Below, in pieces: positions 26,422 through 34,969 of a DNA stretch of 64,000 nucleotides (the stretch's first letter is position 1; the number at the start of each line of letters is the position of its first letter). Source of the DNA: an uncultured delta proteobacterium (GTDB lineage Bacteria; Desulfobacterota; Syntrophia; Syntrophales; UBA2185). The DNA is taken from NCBI GenBank assembly GCA_963729715.1, contig CAVSPA010000018.1, positions 16,191 to 80,190 of the forward strand, in the 5' to 3' direction. The translations under genes and the position numbers were made by a program. Under the pieces are notes generated by a model, which was not told where the DNA came from, did no database searches, and worked only from the letters and a program-made list of their open reading frames with translations.

Positions 26422-26866
26422 TTTGTTGTCCTCCTTAAATAAATTATTTTTTGTACCTTTCATAAAATTCATAACCAATTGTAATTACCGTTTTATTTGG
26501 CATACCATTTTTCCCCATAGAAATGGCCTTTTATCTGCCCAATAACAGGCTCTAAAAAGTTCGCAAAGTAAGTCTGCGTCTGCCTCTGGTGGCATCCTAA
26601 ATTCCTCAACGGTTCAGCATGCATCATTGGTCACCGTCACAAAATCCGATTCGTTAAAACCCTCTTCCAAATCTCTAATTTTGTGAAGCCCTATAATCAT
26701 AATCTGTCCCTTGTGCTCTATGCCAATAACAAGTATTTCAAAAATAGGCTCTTGTCGATGAAGACAATTCTTAATTACAGTAAATGTCATATTTCTGGAG
26801 TCACTTGGCAGAACCGGGGATTTAGAAGCCTTTTATGCAGACATATTGGCAAATATGTATTTCCTA

Positions 26867-27241
26867 TCAATGACCACAGCATCCCTGATGGCCGCTGCAT
26901 GTGTGATGTAGAGTCAGTTCGGGCAGCCTGTTGTCTTTTAGTAATTCAAGGTTCTCTTTTACTGTCTCGCTTGCCGATTTATATACCTTAATATCGTCCG
27001 CATTGAGTTTCCTCAGAGCCCCTGCGCCGATCCCACCGACAACTACCGCGTCAATCCTATGCCCTCCCACAGCCATGACAGGATTGCACGCCCCATGGAC
27101 GTGGTCCAGGTCTTTGTTGCCGACCGTTATCGTGCTCTGGAGTTCCGTGTTAACAACAATGAATTCAGGTGCTGAACCAAAATGATCATACACCTTGCTG
27201 TTGACGCCTTCATCTTTATAAACTGGGAAACATACTTTCAC
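26867..27241 (-). CDS. NifX/NifB-type (FeMo-cofactor biosynthesis domain) protein
   Basis: ..VYDHFGSAPEFIVV.. and ..IDAVVVGGIGAGALRKLNADDIKVY.. The tail is Cys/His-rich (HHTCSGHQGCCGH). Confidence 0.8.
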   Translation of the reverse strand: MKVCFPVYKDEGVNSKVYDHFGSAPEFIVVNTELQSTITVGNKDLDHVHGACNPVMAVGGHRIDAVVVGGIGAGALRKLNADDIKVYKSASETVKENLELLKDNRLPELTLHHTCSGHQGCCGH

Positions 27242-27283
27242 GCTTCAATCTCCTTTTCAAATTAATATTATTTTCTTTTTACG

Positions 27284-27766
27284 TTATTTTTGATGAATCC
27301 CGCGACATCCGCAGCCCTGACCCATACGTCTGCGTCCACCCGCAGCGAATCCTCTGTCTTCTTCCGCCCTGTGTATATTTACACTCTGGCAGGAAGGACA
27401 ACCTCTAATTCTCCCTGTTCCATGTGGTACTTCCCAAGTATGCTGACAATCGTAACATTTAAATTTTCTCATGGCGTTCATTTCAAAATTACCTCCTTCA
27501 ATCTTCAACGTTTTTCCTTGAACCAATGTCTCCGCCACCTTATGTCGCGCCGCTTCAATAATCCTTCCGAAAGTCGGCCGTGAGACATTCATCTGTTCTG
27601 CCGCCTTATCGTGGTAAAGCCGGTCAAGATCCGCCAAGCGGATTGCCTCAAACTCATCCATGGATAAGACCACGTGATCAAGCGCGGATGCTGGCACACC
27701 GGCCGGCTTGAAAATTTGGCATACCGGTTCTCCTGCTACTCTCCGACAACATTTTGGCCTCCCCAT
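27284..27766 (-). CDS. DUF134 (UPF0251) predicted DNA-binding protein with a C-terminal zinc-ribbon extension
   Basis: MGRPKCCRRV..FKPAG.......MDEFEAIRLADL...QEEAAxxMxVSRPTF-type pattern, followed by CYDC..CPSC. Confidence 0.8.
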   Translation of the reverse strand: MGRPKCCRRVAGEPVCQIFKPAGVPASALDHVVLSMDEFEAIRLADLDRLYHDKAAEQMNVSRPTFGRIIEAARHKVAETLVQGKTLKIEGGNFEMNAMRKFKCYDCQHTWEVPHGTGRIRGCPSCQSVNIHRAEEDRGFAAGGRRRMGQGCGCRGIHQK

Positions 27767-27833
27767 TCTTCTTTCTCCTGGACGCATTATAAGCATATGC
27801 CCATAACTTGTCAAGTGAAAAAGTAATATTATT

Positions 27834-27950
27834 GTAAGGTATGCCGTGTAAAACGTATGACTAGTCGGTTAAAGTCCGACGGTGGGAGTTCTGTAGTTCG
27901 CCCACGTAGCTGGAGGGAAGTGTTAAGGGTAACCTGAAGCATTAAGTTCC
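27834..27950 (+). repeat. Copy 3 of the ~115-nt conserved structured element (continuous with the intron-like RNA below)
   Basis: GTAAGGTATGCCGTGTAAAACGTATGACTAGTCGGTTAAAGTCCGACGGTGGGAGTTCTGTAGTTCGCCCACGTAGCTGGAGGGAAGTG..AACCTGAAGC. Confidence 0.75.
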
Positions 27951-28520
27951 CTGACAAAGGTTCCTATAGGGAGTCGAGCAAACCTGCGGGTCGCAGCGTG
28001 AGCGAACCTAGATGTAGCCTCAAAAATCACAATGGAGTTGTCGACCCTCTCCTACACAGGGGAAGACCGGAGCATCTATCCTGACGAAAACCACCAGAAC
28101 CGATAGATGGACTTCCGTGGTAACAGGGGTGACACGCAGGGGCAGCCAGACGAGAATGAACGCGGGAGACCCTTGTCGATGCTGCGAGAGCGGCAACTGG
28201 TGGATATAAGGAAACGAAGTTTCACTGGGTCGGCACGGGAGTCGGAGTTGCCCATAGTACCGCTTGTATCTCAAGGACAGCATAACCTTGAGAGAGGAAA
28301 GGGGCAATACCTTCATCATGCTTCTAAAGGAGAGAAGGAAAGGAGATTGCGGTAACGCTATCAACTCCAAAGATTCCAGGAACTCCGGTGGAAGCTATAC
28401 TGGAAGGCCAAGTGAAAGCGAAAGCCTCTGGAAGAAGATGATTGGAAAGCCGTGTGCGGGAAAACTGCATGCACGGTTGTGTGTCCAGCGAAGGCTGGTC
28501 TGTTCAGTAGGAGTCAAACC
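27846..28520 (+). ncRNA. ORF-less group II intron-like ribozyme (5' end tentatively at GTGTA; 3' end not determined)
   Basis: Domain-I-like 5' region, many perfect local helices (for example CATCTATC..GATAGATG) and a canonical domain V at 28448-28478. No RT/maturase ORF lies anywhere in 27815-29205. Confidence 0.5.
28448..28478 (+). ncRNA. Group II intron domain V hairpin
   Basis: AGCCGUGU-GCGG-GAAAA-CUGC-AU-GCACGGUU. It has the AGC triad at the base, an 8-bp lower helix, a 2-nt bulge on the 3' strand, a 4-bp upper helix and a GAAA-type loop. By eye it closely matches the yeast ai5gamma D5, GAGCCGUAUGCGAUGAAAGUCGCACGUACGGUUC. Confidence 0.7.
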
Positions 28521-29205
28521 TGCCAGGGTAAAAGCCAGAGCCCTGTAGCTTGGATAGCAGGGTGGAGGAAAACCAAAATCTTGGAGCCTATTGACACACC
28601 CATCAAAAGGAAGGGAGCGAGTTACCAGGCCGTAACGAGAGTGAACGCAGAGGTGGCCCCGAAAGTTCGAAGCCTCGGAAGCAGAGCTGGAGCTCACTAT
28701 CAGTGGAACCACGCTTATTTGGAGGTTTCGTTTTACATGGGCCTCACCTGAGGTACAAATGCCTCGCCCGATCGCGACATGGAAGGAATTTGACCCTTCG
28801 CAAATCATAGGACGCGAAGCTACCAGTAGAACATCCGGACATAGCAAATTTACTATCAGCGAAGACGGCAGCAGCATAACCGAGAATGGTGCAGACGGCA
28901 CTTTCACGTACTACCGTCAGTAAAGGCAAGGGTTTCGGAGTCTGTGCTTGGGGCCGAACTTTGCGTTGGTTTGAAATGGCAATGCCCTGTGTTCAGCCCC
29001 ATGGCTGACACAATAGTTGTGGGTGCCACTATTAACGGATCTCTTTCATATTTTGATTCATCTTTCTCACGCAGTACGGGTTGAAACACGCGAAGGCTCG
29101 AAAGCTTATTTTCAGTTCGCATAAAATCCGGCTGCCTTCCTTGTTTGACATGCCTATCAGGACATTGTAGAGTTTAAGTCATAATACTTCCATGGAGGTG
29201 CCACG

Positions 29206-29811
29206 GTGGAATTATCAGAAGTTATCGCTTCACGGCGAAGCATTCGTAAATTCAGACAGCAGGATATTTCGGCTGACACTATCCGCCTGCTGCTCGAGGC
29301 TGCGCGGCTTGCCCCTTCGGGATCAAACCTCCAGCCCTGGCGCTTTATCATTGCTCAATCACCTGCCGCCAAAGAGGCCCTTGGCCGATGTACGCCCTAT
29401 AAGTTTATAGTCAAGGCAGCGGCTATTTTTGTATGCTGCGCCGACCTGACGGCCATGACAACAAGAGAGCGTCGTCTCGGAGAACTGGTGCAAGAAGGCG
29501 CCTTCGAAGGTGTGGATATAGATATGAATGATGCATCAATCACAGCCAGCCCTATCGTGGACGCGGAAACGGTTAAGGCCTATCTTTCCATGAATGTGGC
29601 GATAGCTGTAGAGCACATCGCCCTTAAGACCGTCGATCTGGGTCTGGGCAGTTGCTGGCTTGCAAGGTTTGATCGCGATAAGGTAAAGGAATATCTGGCG
29701 CTAAACGAAAGTATCCACCCGGTAGTGCTTTTGCCCGTAGGTCATCCCGATCAGTCACCCAAAGCAAGACCGCGCTTTGCTTTGGACAAGTTGGTGCTGA
29801 AGATAATCTAA
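29206..29811 (+). CDS. Nitroreductase-family protein
   Basis: ..IASRRSIRKF........LLEAARLAPSGSNLQPWRF.. The start is GTG after GGAGGTG. Confidence 0.85.
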   Translation: MELSEVIASRRSIRKFRQQDISADTIRLLLEAARLAPSGSNLQPWRFIIAQSPAAKEALGRCTPYKFIVKAAAIFVCCADLTAMTTRERRLGELVQEGAFEGVDIDMNDASITASPIVDAETVKAYLSMNVAIAVEHIALKTVDLGLGSCWLARFDRDKVKEYLALNESIHPVVLLPVGHPDQSPKARPRFALDKLVLKII

Positions 29812-29882
29812 GCAAGTACCGAGCTTCGGGGACATCATCCGGGCATGCTTCTCCCAGGAATGATGAATAGGGGATAACTATT

Positions 29883-30551
29883 ATGAAAAAGATTACTTGT
29901 TTCGTCCTTTGGATTACGTGTCTTTGCCTTTCGCTTTCCGGAAATGTATGTTTAGCTCAACGCACAGCAGGTATAAAAGGAACCGCCGACTTTCCGCAAT
30001 CAACCATCCTTGAATTAAAGAATATCGGCGTGATGATCGGGGAAGGTGAACCTCAGGAGAGATATCTGGCAGCCTGGAAACAGTTGGCAGGTAAATCAAA
30101 GAACATGGATATTGGTCGGGCAGTCAATATCGTCATTGAAGAGGCTAAACAGGAAATCAACCGAAATGTGAATCAACATCGTTTCAAGGTACAAAAGTAT
30201 GTTGAGATAAAAAGAAATATAGCTCAGGAAATAAACGTTAACCGCTCAATTTTAAGCCGGTCAGCAGGCAGGATTCAGCCGATTCAGAAGAGTATATATG
30301 TGATAGAGCGCGGCAACCCGGACAAATTCACAATCCAGAAAGGAAATGTAATTAATACGAGAAGTGAGCTGGAAAAATATACTAAAGATTTGGAAGATCA
30401 ATTGAACTCAGTGGGAGACGACGCGCAATTAGCAAACGTTGACTTACAAAATGTCCTACAAAAACAGCAACAGACCATGCAGATGATGTCAAATATTTCG
30501 AAACTGCTCAGTGATACCGCAATGGCTGTTATCCGGAAAATAGGCGGATAA
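29883..30551 (+). CDS. Exported coiled-coil protein, unknown function
   Basis: Signal peptide MKKITCFVLWITCLCLSLSGNVCLA. The remainder is Q/N/K-rich and helical. Confidence 0.6.
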   Translation: MKKITCFVLWITCLCLSLSGNVCLAQRTAGIKGTADFPQSTILELKNIGVMIGEGEPQERYLAAWKQLAGKSKNMDIGRAVNIVIEEAKQEINRNVNQHRFKVQKYVEIKRNIAQEINVNRSILSRSAGRIQPIQKSIYVIERGNPDKFTIQKGNVINTRSELEKYTKDLEDQLNSVGDDAQLANVDLQNVLQKQQQTMQMMSNISKLLSDTAMAVIRKIGG

Positions 30552-30594
30552 GTTCATAGAATTTTTTCGCGGCCGTGTACAAATTTCTATGAAC
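30552..30594. terminator. Long hairpin between convergent genes (possible bidirectional terminator)
   Basis: GTTCATAGAATTT-..16 nt..-AAATTTCTATGAAC, with one bulged T. Confidence 0.4.
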
Positions 30595-30614
30595 ATAATC
30601 AGACCGTCTGCATA

Positions 30615-31115
30615 TCAGTCAGTTTCATAACAAGCCAGCACTTCACCAAAATAAAGGGTATGGTAATCCTTCTTGGGATACAGGGATGAATCATAACCCT
30701 TGTCAAGATGGGCCGGGTTCATAGCAGACTTGTAGATGATTTTGCACTCGTAATGGCGCCCTCGGGTTTTAATAATCGGCGAAGCGACCTTGCGGCCATT
30801 GGTCGTTTCCAGGTTACACATCTTAAACTTGTCCACGTTCCGGCCGGATTTTGAGCCGCAATAGGCAGTCTCTTTATGCATGTCGCCCGCCGGGACCGTA
30901 ACGGTAAAATCCTTGGCCGCCTCGATGATTCCAAAGGTGTGCCGGCTCAACCGCACTGCCACCATCATGATCGGTTTGCTCCAGACGACTCCGAAGGTAG
31001 CCCAACCGATGGTCATGGTGTTAAGTGCCTTCCCGGACTTAACGGTTAAGAAAGCGCCCTCTTTGATCTTTTCGATGCTGTCCTGGGCAACGCTCATGTA
31101 GTCCACATCTTTCAT
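30615..31115 (-). CDS. Flavin reductase-like (FMN-binding split-barrel) protein
   Basis: ..GAFLTVKSGKALNTMTIGWATFGVVWSKPIMMVAVRLSRHT.. is typical of the flavin reductase-like domain. Confidence 0.7.
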   Translation of the reverse strand: MKDVDYMSVAQDSIEKIKEGAFLTVKSGKALNTMTIGWATFGVVWSKPIMMVAVRLSRHTFGIIEAAKDFTVTVPAGDMHKETAYCGSKSGRNVDKFKMCNLETTNGRKVASPIIKTRGRHYECKIIYKSAMNPAHLDKGYDSSLYPKKDYHTLYFGEVLACYETD

Positions 31116-31823
31116 AGGAAGCTCCTTTTGTTATTTAGAATTCTTACGCGCGGCTGCACGAAGAAAGAGATCACTCACTGTATGGACATGTATTACACTC
31201 CTGCGAGTAGGTTGATCAGCCACACGAGAAAATGCTAATAGTAAAGACCTGACCCTTCTACTCCCTATAACCATTATACCTTATCACTCGACGGCAAAGA
31301 TATTCTCAAAGCGTTCCTTAAATTTGTTTATTGCGTCTATTTAAACCAAGAACGTCATCGGTTTTATGCAATATAAAAAGAAACAAGTAAATGCTCGTTT
31401 CAAGCACTTCTCTGTGCCGTTTATCACTCGTCTAGAAGTTGCCGGATTGTTTTGTAGTCGCTTACATCCATCAAGTAAGGCCTGTTCATCTGCCATATGC
31501 ATTAGGGGTATATGTGGATAGAAAAATAAAGGCCCTAAATGCTGCATGGCGAAATTGATTGAGTCGGTATACCGGTTTCTCTCTGATATACCTGTGATGC
31601 TTGTTTTCTCTATTTACCGCCTGTTTTCCAATCTTGCCACAGTACTTCAAGAATTACTGATTATACTCTTGCATAATTATCACAATCCGTCCATCACGGA
31701 TTCGAGAAGTAAGTTGGTCGTGAATATAGTCGGGACTTAACCGATATTAAGCGGTTTAGATAGGTTTCAAAAAACAATAAAATGGGACTAAGGCTTTTCC
31801 TTATAGCTTTCACGTTAACCTCC

Positions 31824-32621
31824 TTACTGTTGACGTGCCTCCGGCTGCTTTTTCAGCAAGTACTTGTCAAAGAAATTGAGAGTCCTGTTCCAGCTATCCT
31901 GCATTGCAGAATAATTGTAACCACGAACTCTGTCATACTCATGCCCGGCATTAGGGTATATATGCTTCTCATAGGGAACCTGCTTCTGATCCAGAAGAGC
32001 AGACAACCTGTCGGCTCCGGCGGCGGGCTGGGTCATATCATTTGATCCATGGAGGATGAGAACGGGGGAACTCTTTTCATCAAAGATATTCTCGAATCTG
32101 TACCTCATCTTGCCACGCTTTCCCCTTCCTCCCGAGAGGACACCGTAATAGGAAACGCCCGCTTGAACCTTTCCCTGTGCAGCAAGCACCATGGCCCAAT
32201 ATCCGCCCATCGAGAAACCGACGGCGCCCAGTTTGTTCTTGTCTATCTTCGGGTTCTTCTTCAGGTACTCCAGTGCATCCAAAAGATCGGCAAGTATCTC
32301 TTCTGCATGATCCGTAAGAGCATATCCTCTTGATCCATACGAAATGCCGTGAGCCTCGAAATAATGAGGAATCAGAGAGGCATAACCCTTCTTGGCCAGT
32401 TCTTCGCCATAGCTGGATTCCGCGCCGAATATCCCGCCGCTCGTGTGGAGGATAATGACGGCGGGAAAGGGGCCGTTACCGTCAGGCAGGATGAAATCCG
32501 CCTTCATGTTCTTCTCAATGCCCAGATCATTGACAATCACATGTTCTGTTGCATGGGCAAAAGAGGAAAACAAAAAGCAGATAATGAAAATGGCGATTAA
32601 TTTTTTGAAAGTGTTCTTCAT
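31824..32621 (-). CDS. Exported dienelactone hydrolase-family alpha/beta hydrolase
   Basis: A signal peptide, the nucleophile elbow GFSMGG, and ..ILHGSNDM.. and ..AGHEY.. Confidence 0.8.
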   Translation of the reverse strand: MKNTFKKLIAIFIICFLFSSFAHATEHVIVNDLGIEKNMKADFILPDGNGPFPAVIILHTSGGIFGAESSYGEELAKKGYASLIPHYFEAHGISYGSRGYALTDHAEEILADLLDALEYLKKNPKIDKNKLGAVGFSMGGYWAMVLAAQGKVQAGVSYYGVLSGGRGKRGKMRYRFENIFDEKSSPVLILHGSNDMTQPAAGADRLSALLDQKQVPYEKHIYPNAGHEYDRVRGYNYSAMQDSWNRTLNFFDKYLLKKQPEARQQ

Positions 32622-33020
32622 TGTAGTCTCTCCTTGAGCGAAAGATGTAGTACGCGATAAGGTTCTCGTCTAACTGGAATTCTACGGCATGATGCCGAAT
32701 TTATATTTCTCCATGCAGCATGTCAAATATGCACTTAAGTGAGTAAAGAATTCTATCTGTAATTGATAGTGCGTGACCGTAAAACAGAATTGCGGATATG
32801 GGTCTGCCTTTTCGTAATGGTAGTTTTAGCTTACCACTATACGTACATTAAACCACTATTGAGATATGGAACGAATGCGTTAATATATGTTTTAAGATGT
32901 CATTTTATCACGAACCTTAAGCAAACCATTTATTAGACAGCAGGGAAACTAAAATCAGTAGGTAAAGAAAAGAGGGTGGGTTTAAACAATCTAATCTTAA
33001 CTAAGTTTAAGGAGGAAACT

Positions 33021-33503
33021 ATGCGAAAGTTGGCAATAGGGGTTGTGTTAGTTGTGGCGATCAGTATGATGTTTATGCCGGTGGCATTTGCCCAGAAATC
33101 ACAGGCAGCAGGGGCCGGTGTATCAACAGGTGCATGGACTCTGGGACTTCCCGGGACAATTTCCGTCGATTCAGGCTTTACTGGAACCGAGGCTATTGTG
33201 GTTGAATCCGGCAAGATTGTGAAAATGGAGAAGATGGCCGGTGTAAAAAACGGTATGCAGATGAAATTCAAAAATGATCAGGGTAATGCTTATACTGTTT
33301 ACATGGGGCCCAAGTGGTTCATTGAAAATCAGAAGATTAAATTTATGGCCGGTGACAGCGTTATGGTCAGAGGCAAGAAATTTGGTTCCTCTATCATAGC
33401 TACAGAAATCAGCAAGGGCGATTGGACCATGAAACTCCGTAATGAAGAAGATGGCCAGCCAAAGTGGGAATGCTGTTTTCCCGGACCAGTGAAAATGCAG
33501 TAA
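33021..33503 (+). CDS. Exported hypothetical protein
   Basis: AAGGAGG lies before the ATG at 33021. Signal peptide MRKLAIGVVLVVAISMMFMPVAFA. Confidence 0.6.
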   Translation: MRKLAIGVVLVVAISMMFMPVAFAQKSQAAGAGVSTGAWTLGLPGTISVDSGFTGTEAIVVESGKIVKMEKMAGVKNGMQMKFKNDQGNAYTVYMGPKWFIENQKIKFMAGDSVMVRGKKFGSSIIATEISKGDWTMKLRNEEDGQPKWECCFPGPVKMQ

Positions 33504-33822
33504 TAATCGGAGACCCACCCAATTTCTTTAGCTGGTTTTAAACTTTACCCAGTCTGCAGATTTGTTTTTGATATGCGTTGCTTGTTGGTTACAGGAAAAG
33601 ATTAGTCAGAATAATAAGAGGCAAAAAGGTATTTTAACGATAGCTTCCTCCCTCCGTTGTTCTCTCATCCCGGAGAGAGGTTGTTCTAAGGGAAGCCCAA
33701 GGCGGATATTGTCAGCTCAATCGCTTTGGGTTTTCCTGTTCTTATCACGCCCGACGATGACCAGTCCTTGCACCCTTTCCTAATCCTCGGCGGCGGAATA
33801 GGCTTATATTCCGTTTTGTCGC

Positions 33823-34140
33823 TTACGCCCCAAACGTATACTTGGTTCCAGCCGTATTAATAATGAATTCGTTCGGCATCTCCCTGCTGAAGGATACGAT
33901 TGCTTCGAATCCCGTGCAATGGGTCGGTACGATGTAGTCCGGCTTCATTGCCTTGATATCGGCTACCGTATTCTGAATAACCTCAGGTTTCGCATTGATG
34001 AGGCGAAATCTTCCCATCACTGCGTCGATATTGTCTGTGCCTGAAACCTTCTGCGCATGCTTGACGGCGTTGACTATGCCGACGTGTGCACAACCGGAAA
34101 GGACCACCAGCCCTTTCCCTTTCACGTTAAAGAATAGCGC
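33823..34140 (-). pseudogene. C-terminal third of a COG1237-type MBL protein (truncated paralogue of 20095-21051)
   Basis: NVKGKGLVVLSGCAHVGIVNAV...DYIVPTHCTGFEAI..INTAGTKYTFGA aligns with the C-terminus of ORF 20095-21051. The HxHxDH part is absent, and the upstream 59 codons of ORF 33823-34305 are unrelated. Confidence 0.65.
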
Positions 34141-34340
34141 AATCAGGATCACGGCGCGGATCCGGTTCAGGACTTTATCCTGCTGAAATAGGGGATTTGA
34201 AACAGAGAAGTAAGGGGCTGCCTGATTGAATACATTTTCTATTTGCAATATATTTTCATCGTCGCAGTCGGGTCTGGTCAAGGGATGTGTGATAGAAGAT
34301 GTCATGCAACTACAATGAGAAAGACTGAAGGAGGAATTTT

Positions 34341-34766
34341 ATGGAATCGATGAGACACAACATCAGTACCAAGAGGCACTTTGTCCTACTCTTTACAGTT
34401 ATGATAGTAACTCTCTTCTCCATCACCTGCCCTGTTTACGGGCAGCAGGCAAAGCCAAGTGAAAAAGGAACCTTTTTATTGACGATATTCCTGAAGCACG
34501 ACCAGTCGAAGACATTGGGTGAGCTTCACGACCAGCTTACGAAAAGCGAATTCGTGAAGAACTTCCCTCCGGAAGGGGTAGAGATCGTATCGTGGTACGT
34601 CATGATGGGGATCGGTCAAGTAGTCACGCTGCGGGTGCCGGCGGAAAAGCTGCGGGCCGTGAACCGGGTCATCGAGCAGAGGGCATGGGGCGCATTTCGG
34701 ACAGAGTTCTACCCAACCTATGACTACAAGCATATCTGGGAAGCGGAGCGGCAAAAGGCGCACTGA
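34341..34766 (+). CDS. Exported hypothetical protein
   Basis: A signal/anchor segment (HFVLLFTVMIVTLFSITCPVYG). No family recognised. Confidence 0.55.
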   Translation: MESMRHNISTKRHFVLLFTVMIVTLFSITCPVYGQQAKPSEKGTFLLTIFLKHDQSKTLGELHDQLTKSEFVKNFPPEGVEIVSWYVMMGIGQVVTLRVPAEKLRAVNRVIEQRAWGAFRTEFYPTYDYKHIWEAERQKAH

Positions 34767-34969
34767 AAGCGGACCCGTTGCCATCTTTTCTCATAACTAT
34801 CTGCAACAGCCGTAGACAGGATGTGCTGGTTTGTGCGGCGATGGATACAGAGATCGCCTGCCGGATCAACAGGACTCACTTGAGAAGTGAATCGCTGCTT
34901 ACTGCCTGCCATGAGGCTTCGTAATGACGTCCTGCTGTTGTAATATTTTCCGGTTGCTCCGGGTCGCCC

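Noticed and set aside
28020-29122. ORFs in the 27.8-29.2 kb gap (for example 28395-28907 minus, 170 aa; 28264-28548 plus; 28452-28751 plus)
   Set aside because: They overlap one another in several frames, lack RBSs, have odd composition, and cover the domain V hairpin and other strong RNA helices. I treat the region as non-coding RNA.
27846-29205. Possibility that the non-coding block is RNase P RNA, tmRNA or SRP RNA (because of GGUUAAAGUCCGAC, CCUAGAUG and GCCAGGGUAAAAGCC strings)
   Set aside because: The strings are not in the order of the RNase P conserved regions. The 5' module occurs three times, which housekeeping RNAs would not. No tmRNA tag ORF, acceptor end or SRP domain IV motif is present. 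Domain V fits group II much better.
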